Made by a program: the position numbers and the translations under genes. The notes beneath the pieces were generated by a model. It worked only from the letters and a program-made list of their open reading frames with translations. It was not told the origin of the DNA and did not search any database. A stretch of 63,813 nt of DNA, the filler included, from Chrysochromulina tobinii (taxonomy: Eukaryota): assembly GCA_001275005.1 (NCBI GenBank). It is 8 parts of 8 records of this genome, joined end to end, with 100 filler letters (N's around TTAATTAATTAA, not from the genome) between each part and the next. Parts side by side here need not be neighbours in the genome. Positions count along the whole stretch, not along the records: positions 21,883 to 36,344 come from JWZX01001083.1; 7 more parts are not named here. One strand, 5' to 3'. Below are positions 22,416 through 32,887 of this stretch, piece after piece (the stretch's first letter is position 1; each line of letters begins with the position of its first letter).

Positions 22416-23393
22416 GATGTGCTGTTATCATGTCAAGTCACGTCGATACATAAACAACAATCAACAAATAACCTATACAAGAAGCCGTGTAGAGTCGGCC
22501 ATAGGTAACACTGCTGACTTATTATACTGACTGCCACCTCGCGACCGAATCTCGATAAAATAGGCACGTAGTCGAGCCACAGCTCATACAAGATGTGTTT
22601 TGATGTTGCACCAAATACCTAAGGATGTGTATTCGACGCAAATCATTTCGAAATCGGCCATCACCTCTCACGCGAAGATGCTCATCGTCACGGCGGAAGC
22701 TTGGCGGGCTGGTCCCGATAACAAGCCGATGCACGCGCCATCAGGACCCGCCAAGCCTTAGGTCGTACACGCGCAGCAATAGCGCGCCCCCCCCATCGCC
22801 TTCTTTCGGCTCTTTGATATCGGCGAGCTTGTCGGCGCCAAGCCTTGCGCCATCAGGACCAGCAGCTTTGGCGTGAGTGGTGATGGCCGATGTCGAGACG
22901 AGACGCAAAAAATATACATTCTCAGGGACCGGGTGTAGTATACGAACACATCTTCCATCAGCTGCGGCTCGCCTCCTACTCTATTCATCGAGATCTGGCC
23001 AGAGGGCCACCACCGCGCGGACCACGCCATTGCCTGAGGGCCAACCGTCGCACGTTAGAAATTTTCGTCACAAAAAATCAGCTCGCCCTCTGCAACGCTA
23101 CATAGTAGAAGTCCGCAGTTTCGTTGGATTTTGGCTTCTATAATAGGAAGCCACTGCCCGGTCGCTGCTCTGGGGCAGGGAAATGCAAGGCAAGCGTTCA
23201 ACGCCGCCCGATCGCCGATGGTAGGCCGCCCGCCTCGTTAGGTACGGTCCGGTGAGACAACAAATGAAAACTTTTCTTATCGGTCTCGATGGGGGACCAG
23301 CACGTGGAGTTTGAAATACATAACCTAAGATGTAAGAAGAATTGGTTACCGCGACGCGAGGCGTTCGCGCGGATCATGAAATTCACTCACGAA

Positions 23394-24816
23394 TCAGAGC
23401 CCGCGGATCTTGTAAAGGTTGTACGCAGCAAAGAAGAGCAGCGAGATGCAGTATCCGATCGCCTCCAGGCGTGTGATCGTCTCATCGTACCACGTCGCCG
23501 AGAAGAGCACCAGCCCGGCGTTACGCATTGTGCCGAGCACCTTGAGCGTCACCGAGTTCGTCGTCTTGATGACCAGAAACGTGCCCAAATGGACGCCGAA
23601 CCCGAGCACCGCCGATGCTATGAAGAGCTGCGGCTCGCTGTGAATGAGCGCGAGGGCGTGCGGCCTGTGGGCGGGCAGCGCCGCCTTGGGCAGCTCCATG
23701 AGCATCGCGGCGGAGCAGAGCCATAGCGCCGAGACGGGCGCCATGTAGTACTGCCCCTCGATGACCTGCGTGCGGGTACGGCGAGTGGCTGGTGGGTACA
23801 GTGGTGTGCGGGTGCGGCTGTGCTGTTCCTGTGGGAACCGTATCTGTGGGAACCGTATCTGTGGGAACCGTATCTGTGGGAACCGTATCTGTGGGAACCG
23901 TATCTGTGCCGCGCGCTCGCTACAGCGCGCAGCTCATCGAGAGCTCCTCGGTCTCTGCGCGACCGCAACGGCGCGGTGGGCAAGCCGCCGCGCCCCGTGC
24001 CGCTTGGGGCATCGACTGACCCCGGCAGCACGGGGTGGTCGCACGCGTGCGTCAGGGGTGGAGTGGGGAAAGGCGGCGCGCGCGCCCCAAAAGTGCCCAG
24101 CCGTTGCTCACCCCAAACTTGAGGTTCGTCAGCATCTTCTGGATGAGGACGAGCTTGAGCGCCTCGGACAACTCGGCGAGGAGCATCAAACCGAGTCCCA
24201 CCACGCTGAAATTTCCTCCGAGCGAGGCGCCGAGCGACGCGATGCAGGTACCCAACACGATCCCGAGCACCGAAAGCGTCACGCGCAGCGTTGGCGTCTC
24301 GATGCCGCTTACCCAGAGCATCGCAAGCGTCACCATCGGTGTGGTCGCTTTGAGCATCTGGATGAAGCCGACCGGCAAGTACAGATGCACCCAGTTGCCG
24401 CAAGCGAGCGTGGTGGCAAGCGATGCGCCAATCGGCAGCAAGTTGTACACGAAGAACTTAGGCGTTATCAAGTTCGTGTGCTCCCGGCGCACGCAGCGGC
24501 AGTGCACGAGCACGAACGACACCACCGTCGAGCACAGCACACCGAGGCTGGCGACAGTCATCGGATAATTGAATTTTCGGGCAACGAGAAGGGTGCGGTT
24601 CACGATGATAAGCGTCGGACCAATGGTTAGGTAGATCAGACAAGCGCCGGCAACCGAGGCTGCCTGACGGATTCGCGGCGCAGAAAGCGCTTTGCTGGCT
24701 AAGTTCGGGGCGCCCGTGATGAGGCCGTGCTCCTCATTTTCCTCGGGTTCCGCAGCTACGCGCTGCATTCGCAGCTCGTGCTCGCCCTCCGAATCATGAC
24801 CGTGTTGCGTCTGCAT
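23394..24816 (-). CDS. Triose-phosphate/nucleotide-sugar transporter family protein (SLC35/TPT), 2 exons
   Basis: IIVNRTLL..KFNYPMT, GNWVHLYLPVGFIQMLKATTP, SEALKLVLIQKML and TNSVTLKVLGTMRN. Intron 23766-24111 joins KFG|VIEGQYYMAP. Confidence 0.9.
23829..23908 (+). repeat. 15-bp intronic tandem repeat x5 (ctgtgggaaccgtat)
   Basis: Visible inside intron 23766-24111. Confidence 0.92.
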
Positions 24817-25866
24817 ATCTGCCGTTACGGCGCGTTTTCACAACACACCAACACGCACAGACATACAATTGTACAGTAAGCTGCCGATTGCCTTCGCGAT
24901 GAGGGGACCACGTTCACACCTGGTTCACACTGATTGTACTCGCTTGGAGATTGCCGCGTGACGGCGTGAGACATGGGACGGTACCGGTACCGGTACGGGG
25001 ACAAACATCTCTCCGCCAATTGCGTGCAGTAAAAGTTGCGAGGCACAGCTGATCAACCTCGTAGTTCCACACGGCGGCCCGCTTGATCGCATATCATAAG
25101 TTGTGGGGAAGGTTCGCTCGGGAAACCGAGCGAACCGGCCACTCCGCGCCAACGCTGACTGGTTGGCTTTGGTTGGCTAGCCAATTATAGCCAAAGTAAT
25201 TGAAGGCCCCCCCCCCCCGAAGTGTGTACGGTATGTTACCACGTGAATCAGGCCGAACGGTCTACGAGCACGGCCATCGCCAACCATCCTCCAAGCAGAG
25301 GTGCGCAAGCGACGCGGCTCCTTCTGGGCTGGCAGTGAGCGAGCGCGACTGAGACGTGAGAGGTAGAACTAAGAAGACGATTAGACGTAGAACAATGACG
25401 TAGAAGAGTCTGAGAGAGGACTGACGGTCGAGTGCTCCGTCTTGGAGATGTTGCTACCCCTTGTGTCCTCGTGTTTGGGTAGGGTCGACGGTGGCCGCAA
25501 GGCGCAAGAAACTTTAACACGACCGCCTCACAAGACGGGTACATTCAAGTTTCAACGATTTGTACAAGCGGTGCGACCCCACGAGCGCGCCAGAAGGTGC
25601 AGCGACGGCACGCGGTCCGCCGTCATCAGCGTGCACAGGCACACGTCGGAGAGCACCGCGGGGCGCCCAGCGGCGCCAGGCAGCGATGCGCCGGCGCGGC
25701 GAGCGTTCGCCCGTCGGCTGCCGGATGGTGCGCACGCCGCAGTCGGAGTAATCCATGCACCGACGCGCCCGATGGCGCGCCGCCCCCGTGGGGAACGCAA
25801 ACACGCACTCGACACCGTCGCAAGACGACGGTGTCGAGCACAAGTGGCTTCCAAAACGCAGCCGGG

Positions 25867-25867
<1 letters not shown>

Positions 25868-25909
<42 letters not shown>

Positions 25910-26210
25910 GAGCCTGCGGCGCACGCGCAGCCGGGCAAGCAACGGCGGAAGGAACCTCACCTCGCTCCGCGCTCCGCGCGTCGCTCGGGCGCCTCCTCCG
26001 CGCACCTCGCTCCGCGCTCCGCGCGTGGCTCGGACGCCTCAAACGCAGCCAGGCGGTCGGCAGCGGCGGCGTACGGAAGCCTGTGGCGCACGCGCAGCCG
26101 AGCAAATATTGAGTGGAGGAAGCCCCACCTCGCTCCGCGCTCCGCGCGTCGCTCGGACGCCTGCTCCGCTCACCTCGCTCCGCGCTCCGCGCGTCGCTCG
26201 GACGCCTCCG
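25868..26210 (+). repeat. (CAG)n tract followed by four ~40-bp GC-rich direct repeats
   Basis: cacctcgctccgcgctccgcgcgt(c/g)gctcgg.cgcct occurs at ~25958, 26003, 26127 and 26171. Confidence 0.8.
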
Positions 26211-26782
26211 GCGGACGCACGGCCCCACGAGCGCTAACCGCGCTCGTGGGGCCGTGCGTGGGGCGCTAACGCGCCGCGCTGGCGCGCTGAGGCCGCGGCC
26301 TCGAGGGGCAACATGGGGGCGCCCGAGCGATTGGCTCGCTGCGCCGACGCGCCAAACCGCCTGCATCGCTCATATCAGGAGCAACGTACATGGCGCGCAC
26401 GGCGGCAATGGCGACCCCATGCCCTCGCACGTGTTGAAAGGTGCGAAAGTGCCACGACGGCGCGTGGAACACCCTCGCGAAAATAGCCGAGACGAAGCCG
26501 AGGTGTTAGTCTCACGTATCCTTCTTTTTCGAGTCTATGTTGTAGTTCGTCTCCGAAAACTCGCTCCGGAAGCTCCTTGGCAGTCCCTCATGAATTCCCA
26601 CATCAACTACAGACAACACGCGGAGAGTACAGCTCCTGTCCTCAGCTACCTTACGGCCCGTCGAGGTCGTGCTCGTCTCGATCTGTCGATCCCACGACGA
26701 TATCATATCTATGATTGCGTTCGCGTTCGCCAGCTCTCCTTCACTCGATCGTCGCGGCCGCGCCGGCCTCAAGTCTCCCCGC

Positions 26783-29005
26783 TCAAAAATACTCCCGTGT
26801 GCCCGGTGGTGTCCGGCCGCGCATCGGCTCCCGTTGGGCAAAACGCTGTGCCCGCACGTCGCCACGCCCTTGGCCACGCGCCCCGCGGCCCCCGCGGCCC
26901 CCGCGGCCCCCGCGGCCGCGCGGCCGGTCGGTGCGCGTGGTCGCTGCCTCTCGAATGGTCGACCGTTCGATCTCCTCGAGGAGCACAGCTCCGTCCCCAG
27001 TGTCCCGGCCGAGAGGGGGCGCGAGGAGCAGGAGTCGGCGCGTGAGCTCGACCGTCGCGCGGTCGGCGGGCGGGCGGCGCGGCGCGCCGATGGCGTTCGG
27101 TCCGCGCGCGGCCATCTGCGCCCTCCTTGTAGCCTCGAGGACACCCCGGATGGCGATCAGACCAGCTTCGGCAGGTGGGCGAACGTCTGGTGCCGCCGCC
27201 GCCTTCGCCTTCTCCGCAGCCTCGGCGCATGCAGTCAGCACCATGTTGGTCATCATCGGATTGTGAGCGAGCCCACGCTCGCTCACGTCGCGCAGCAGCT
27301 CACACGCACGCTGCCACTCGCCCGCCCGTTGCAGCGCTGTGAGGGCGCGTGAGTACGGCAAGGGCTCGTCTGCGAGCCCGTCGGCCGCTTGGAACTCGGC
27401 GAGGAGCTCCAAGGCTGTCGGCCACTCGCCCTCGCAGGCGGTGATGGCGGAGGTATATGAGGCGCCGTCGCATCGGATGCCCAGCTTCTGCATCTCGCGA
27501 AGCGCCGCGACGGCGCCTGACGCATCGCCCGTGCGCGAGAGCGCGCTGATCAGAGGATTATAGGAGTACCGGTCTGCCACGACACCTTCTGCCGCCATGC
27601 GTGCGAGCACCGCGCGCATCGTTGGCACCACCTCCTCCGGCGCCCTCACCTCCGGCGCCGGCATGACGGGCGGCGCGGCCGGCGCGGCCGCGTCGCCTTG
27701 AGCGCCCGCCACGGCGCCCTCTCGCTTCTCCTTGGGGAGGGAGCGCGCGAGAGCGGTGAGCAGCGAGTTGTACGAGTACGCGGTGCGTTCGACGTCGTGG
27801 CGCTCAAAGGCGTCTTGGAGGAGGGTTTCGGCCTCCTTCGGGCGAGCGGCGCGTGAGCACGCCGCCATCGCCGCGTTGAGTGCCGTTGCATCCGGAGCGA
27901 TGCCGTCACCTTCCATGCGCGCGATGAGATCGAGCGCTGGCCGCCACTCGCCTGCCTTCTCGCACGCCGAGATGGCGGACGAGTACACGATCGTGTTGCG
28001 CGGCGTGCCGGTCGCGAAGCACGTGTCGAGCAGCTTCAGCGCCCGCTCCCACTCGCCTGCCTGCGCGCACGCCGCGATCGCGGAGGCGAAGGTCACCGTG
28101 TTCGGAGGCACTCGCTCGGCCCGCATCTGCTTAAAGGTGGCCAGGGCGAGTCGCCAACGGCCACCGCGGCCCAGGGCGCTGAGGACGCTGTTGTACGTGA
28201 CCGTATCGCGCGGGACGCCACGCTGCTGCATCCGCTGCAGCAGGTCGAGCGCCTCCTGCCAGCGCCGCGCTGCCGCGCACGTGGCAATGAGCACGTTGTA
28301 GTGCGTCGTCTCAACAGGCGGAGCGTTAGGGGCGCTGCCTTTGAGAGGTGTCATCATGCGCGTGGCCGCGGCGGCGGCGGCCTCGACGGAGGGCCCCTTG
28401 CGCAACAGCGCGGCCATCGGGTGCGGCGCATCGCCCTCCCCGTCGATGATGGGATCCTCCACAAGCATCGCTGCCTCCTCCTCCGCCTCCTCCTCCGCCT
28501 CCTCCTCCGCCACCGCCTCATCCTCGTCCTCGTCGACGACGGAGCCCACATAGTTGGGCGACGAGGCGACCATACGCCGAAACTCGGCGTCCATAGCCTC
28601 GTCATCGTCCTCATCGACGTCGTCAATCGTGCGCTCTTTGACCGAAGCCTCAGCTAAGGCCAACGGGTTCACCTCCTGGAAGGACGCCTCGACGAGCGCA
28701 GCGAGCGCAATCGCGAGCTCCCACTTGCGTTCCTCCTTGAGGTGAAGCAGTACCTGCAGCAGCACCGAGCCGCGCAGCGTGTCCGCCGAGCGGACGATGC
28801 GGCCCAGGCCCTCGGTGTTGACCGGCCGCGAGCGCGTGGCGGGCAGCAGCGACAGCCTCTCGATGATGCTGGACGCAGCGGCGGACGTCTTGATGGGTGG
28901 TGAAGCAACGCACGCGATGGAAGCGGCGGCGGCGCGGCGCGAGCTGAACACGACGGGCTGCTGGTATGCCGCGAGGCTACCGAGGAGCAGTGAAAGGAGG
29001 CGCAT
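26783..29005 (-). CDS. Pentatricopeptide-repeat (PPR) protein, probably plastid-targeted
   Basis: Tandem 35-aa PPR motifs (YNVLIATCA, DTVTYNSVLSALGRGGRW, NTVTFASAIAACAQAGEW, YSSAISACEKAGEW). Signal peptide plus transit-like N-terminus MRLLSLLLGSLAAYQ. The 3' end is uncertain. Confidence 0.9.
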   Translation of the reverse strand: MRLLSLLLGSLAAYQQPVVFSSRRAAAASIACVASPPIKTSAAASSIIERLSLLPATRSRPVNTEGLGRIVRSADTLRGSVLLQVLLHLKEERKWELAIALAALVEASFQEVNPLALAEASVKERTIDDVDEDDDEAMDAEFRRMVASSPNYVGSVVDEDEDEAVAEEEAEEEAEEEAAMLVEDPIIDGEGDAPHPMAALLRKGPSVEAAAAAATRMMTPLKGSAPNAPPVETTHYNVLIATCAAARRWQEALDLLQRMQQRGVPRDTVTYNSVLSALGRGGRWRLALATFKQMRAERVPPNTVTFASAIAACAQAGEWERALKLLDTCFATGTPRNTIVYSSAISACEKAGEWRPALDLIARMEGDGIAPDATALNAAMAACSRAARPKEAETLLQDAFERHDVERTAYSYNSLLTALARSLPKEKREGAVAGAQGDAAAPAAPPVMPAPEVRAPEEVVPTMRAVLARMAAEGVVADRYSYNPLISALSRTGDASGAVAALREMQKLGIRCDGASYTSAITACEGEWPTALELLAEFQAADGLADEPLPYSRALTALQRAGEWQRACELLRDVSERGLAHNPMMTNMVLTACAEAAEKAKAAAAPDVRPPAEAGLIAIRGVLEATRRAQMAARGPNAIGAPRRPPADRATVELTRRLLLLAPPLGRDTGDGAVLLEEIERSTIREAATTRTDRPRGRGGRGGRGGRGARGQGRGDVRAQRFAQREPMRGRTPPGTREYF

Positions 29006-29148
29006 TGCCTCGCTGATTACGTCGTCCTTCGTTTTCCGTTTCCGAGATACTGTCGAGATAACTCCTCGTAGGCGCCCCGTCTTCTCCACGCCCCGCTCTT
29101 CTCCGCTTTGTCTCTACTCGAAACGCCTGAGATGAGAAAGTCCGCAAA

Positions 29149-30051
29149 ATGAAGGCATCCCACATTCTCGTGCTCGTTATGTTACTTTTGATCGACGGCG
29201 GTAACGCGATCCGCCGCGTTCTGGTGACGGGAGCGAACAAGGGCATTGGCCGTGAGATTTGCCGCCGTATTCTTGCCGATGTGCCAGACTCATACGTCAT
29301 CCTCGGCAGCAGGAATGCACTGCGCGGAAAGGATGCCGTTCGCACGATTCTCAAGCAGGAGCCTTCGGCAGAGGGCCGCATCGAGATGGTGGTGCTCGAC
29401 GTGGAGTCGGATGAGTCGGTCGCCGCCGCCGTCGCAAGCATAGCAGCCAGATTTCCCAACGAACCCGAGCCTCTGCATGGCCTGTGCAACAACGCGGGCA
29501 TTGGTTTCGGCAAGAGCATCCCGGCGACGCTGTCGGCCAACTATTACAGCCAGAAGCGCGTCGCAGAGGCATTCATTCCGCTGCTCAACCCAGCGCGCGG
29601 GCGCATCTGCAATATCGCCTCGGCTAGCGGCCCAACCTATGTACGCACGCTGGACACGAAGCTGCGGGAGCTCTTCACTTCGCCCGCGACGACGCCGAAA
29701 ATGCTTCAGGAGGAGCTCGAGCGTCAGGCGCGGACGGCCAACGAAGAGGACGTGGCGTATGGACTTTCGAAGGCCGCCGTGAACCAATGGACGCGCCAAC
29801 TTGCACGCGAGCACCCCAGCCTCGTCATCAACTCGTGCTCGCCCGGGTACGTGCTCACCGACCTGACCCGCGGCATGGGCGCCACCAACACGCCCGAGCA
29901 GTCCAATTGCCATGTGGCGCCCCTCTTCCTCCTCTTTGACGAAGCGGTGCCCGCGAGCGGCTGGTACTTTGGGAGTGACGCCGTGCGTTCCCCACTCGAT
30001 CGTTATCGCGGGCCAGGGGATCCACCTTATGTGGCAGTGGGTGACGATTGA
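29149..30051 (+). CDS. Short-chain dehydrogenase/reductase, carbonyl reductase-like
   Basis: VLVTGANKGIG, NNAG, YxxxK (YGLSK) and INSCSPGYVLTDL. The N-terminus is hydrophobic. Confidence 0.92.
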   Translation: MKASHILVLVMLLLIDGGNAIRRVLVTGANKGIGREICRRILADVPDSYVILGSRNALRGKDAVRTILKQEPSAEGRIEMVVLDVESDESVAAAVASIAARFPNEPEPLHGLCNNAGIGFGKSIPATLSANYYSQKRVAEAFIPLLNPARGRICNIASASGPTYVRTLDTKLRELFTSPATTPKMLQEELERQARTANEEDVAYGLSKAAVNQWTRQLAREHPSLVINSCSPGYVLTDLTRGMGATNTPEQSNCHVAPLFLLFDEAVPASGWYFGSDAVRSPLDRYRGPGDPPYVAVGDD

Positions 30052-30715
30052 CGGTCTTACATTTAACCGTACGCAACCACGATAGGTGTACGTAGGATTT
30101 TTCAGCTCAACTCCAGTAATAATAGCCACCGCATGAATGCTGACACTTAAAGCTCGATGCACTTGAAATTGATACGTACAACGTAGACGAACAACGAACA
30201 CGCGTACGACATTTCACGCATATTGAATTAATCCGATTATTGATTTCAGTTTTCACACGATCACGTACTAAGCATCGTAGCATTACGTGCGATACGTGGG
30301 CGTGGTGGAAGACGGAAAGAAGCAACGTTTTCCCGCGCGTCCCCGGGCACGGTCGAGCTAACGGTCGGGCTGGGCCGGGGGCCGTCCTCAAGTGTGTTCT
30401 CCAGACTCCACCGGTTCGACGAGACTGGCGAGTGGCGTTCTTTGACGGCTCGAGTCCCGGCGCTGTCCGCGTTCGGGCGTGTCTAGCCGGGGGAGCGCGG
30501 GGAGCAGGCCTGGCTCGCGGGAGCTGCAGCCTGTGAGGCTGGATGCGAGCTCGAACACAGAATCTTTGTAACTTGCATTTCGTACATTCGAAGTGTTTCG
30601 AAAACGTGGACGAAGCCCTAATCGGTACCGGTAACTTCTCGCGCACACGCTCCTCCGGGCTCGGCCTTCGCAAAAGTGTCCAGTCCGACTCCGAGCTTCC
30701 ACCTCCGAACACGAC

Positions 30716-32186
30716 ATGCTTCCACCCCATCTAGCGACGATGATGCTGATGGGCTTGCCTTGGGCACATGCTTGGACAACACAGTTCATGCATGCCCGCC
30801 GGCTGTCGTCCAGGCCAGTCATGACGTTGAATCTCATGAGATTGGAAGATGAGGTAGCGCAGTGGGAGCTTCGGACGAACCAGCTCGAGGTCCTGCTGCA
30901 AAAGCAGAAAGAAGGGGGCTTCACGAACGCCGATAAGGTCAACCTCGCTGGGTTGCAGGATGCGCGCGAGGTATTGGATCTCAAGAAGACGCAGCTCGAA
31001 AATCTCTTGAACAAGCTCGAGCCGAAGGGCGCAACAGCCTTGTCGGATTTGGCACCGTTGGAGGCTTCACCTGATGTGGACGAAGCTGACGTGCTCTTGA
31101 CAGCGAGTGATCCGGACGCTGAGCTCATCTCCGAGGCCGCCGAGGATGCCTCCGATGCGGTGGACGCGGCAGTCGCCACTTCCATGGATACTGCCGATGC
31201 TGCCGATGTCGCCGTTGAGCCAGACGCGGTGACCATGGCCACCTCCGAAGCGGTGGATCCCGAAGTCGCAGTCGACGTCCTGGTCATCTCCGACGCGGTG
31301 GATCCCGAGTTAGCAGTCGACGTCCTGGCCGACGCGGTTGATCCCGAGGTAGCAGTCGACGTCCTGGCCGCGGCCGCCACTCCTGACGACGCGTTGGCTG
31401 TTGTCGCCGACGCCGTGACTCCCTACAGTCTCTTTGCCGCGGCCGCTCCCGCTGCCGAGGCCGCTCCGGACGCGCTCGTGGCCTCAGCAGCGCAGGCATC
31501 GCTCTCGTCCGCATCGTATAGCATCCCCGAGCTGCCGATCCTGCCCACGCTCTCTTCGATGTCTGCGATCTCGGACGTGCCGCTGGGCGTCCTGAGCGTC
31601 TCACTCGCCCTCGTCGGTGGGCAACGTATGTTCAGCGAGGGCAAGGCTCGCATCTACCAGCAGGTACCGATGCAGACGTCGCGCCTTGCCACTGATTGCC
31701 ACTGAATTCCACGGAGTGCCACTGAGTGCCACAAATTGCCCCGACCGCCAGGGCGCGACGTTCGCATCGGTCGTGCTCGACGGCGTGGCCTCACTCGTGG
31801 CGGCACACATTAGCTGGGAGCTCGTGTTCATGGGCTTGCTCGCCGCCGCCGCTGTGTTCGGGTACCCTGATGAGCTTCTGAAGCCCGAGCAGCTCACGGT
31901 GGCGATGCCCACTAAGCCCGACGCAATGGCCGGCTTCTTCTTGCTCTCTCACGTGAAGGCGTACCTGCCGATGCGCGCGGGGCTCGCCATGCTTGTGGCG
32001 CCTTGGTTCCAGTCCAACATTTTCGATGGTTACACCAAATCCCCGAGTCAGGCGGCAGATAGACGCATTGGTCGCCCACTGGACGGCTATCGCGGAGTAG
32101 TGACCCCAACGGGCTTCAAGGCGCGCACGCCTTCTCTGCGCATGAACCAACGGGACTTTTATGAACCGCCGTTTGGACGGCGCTGA
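30716..32186 (+). CDS. Probable plastid membrane protein with acidic repeats and a DUF1279/FAM210-like C-terminus, 2 exons
   Basis: Signal-like N-terminus (AHA-W), a coiled coil and DAVDPEVAVDVL repeats. Intron 31664-31751 joins YQQ|GATF. FLLSHVKAYLPMRAGLAMLVAPWF resembles the DUF1279 end motif. Confidence 0.55.
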
Positions 32187-32887
32187 TGGTGATGCAGCGG
32201 CTGGTGCGGCCGGCTCTCGAGATGCTCTCGAGATGAGGAGCGCAGGGTTTTGGAGAAAGCGCGATGGTATGTTGCGGACCATAATGGTGCTTTGCAAATG
32301 CGAGGAAGGGCCGGGAAGGGCCTAGAGGAAAGTCCAGGAAAGGCAAGTTCATGAGACGTGCATGAGGCACACATTCGCATGAGACCATGATAGGCTGGAC
32401 AATTTTCAGGAGGCTGCCAGGACGCAGCTCGTAAAGTCACCGCCCGTGGTGGTGGTCTTCGCTGGCCAGAGCTCTTCGTTTACGACGCACAACAAGAGAG
32501 AGTGCAGCAACGGCGCCGTTCGTGGATACATCTATCATCTTCCTGCATGTGCATGCTGCATCTGCTTGCCGAATACTGCATTTCTGAGCACTATCCTTGT
32601 TCCTGTCGACTGGACATGGCGGATTCGCGCCGGTTAAAGGACCGGTCCGTCGGGGAGCAGTTTGACAAGATGACAACGTACGACGCTTCGACGACCACGA
32701 GACGTCCGGTCTATGGAGGGAAGATGCATGCGAGATGCGTGACATTTATCGTTTACCACGTGTCGGGTCCTAAAGTAAATCTTACACGTCAGACTTTAAT
32801 ACCGGTACTCACATCTTGTACCGGCGTGGTCCGGTCGGGTTTGCCCCCATCGCGCGGACGCTCCTCGCTGGAAGCTGCCCCCGCCAC

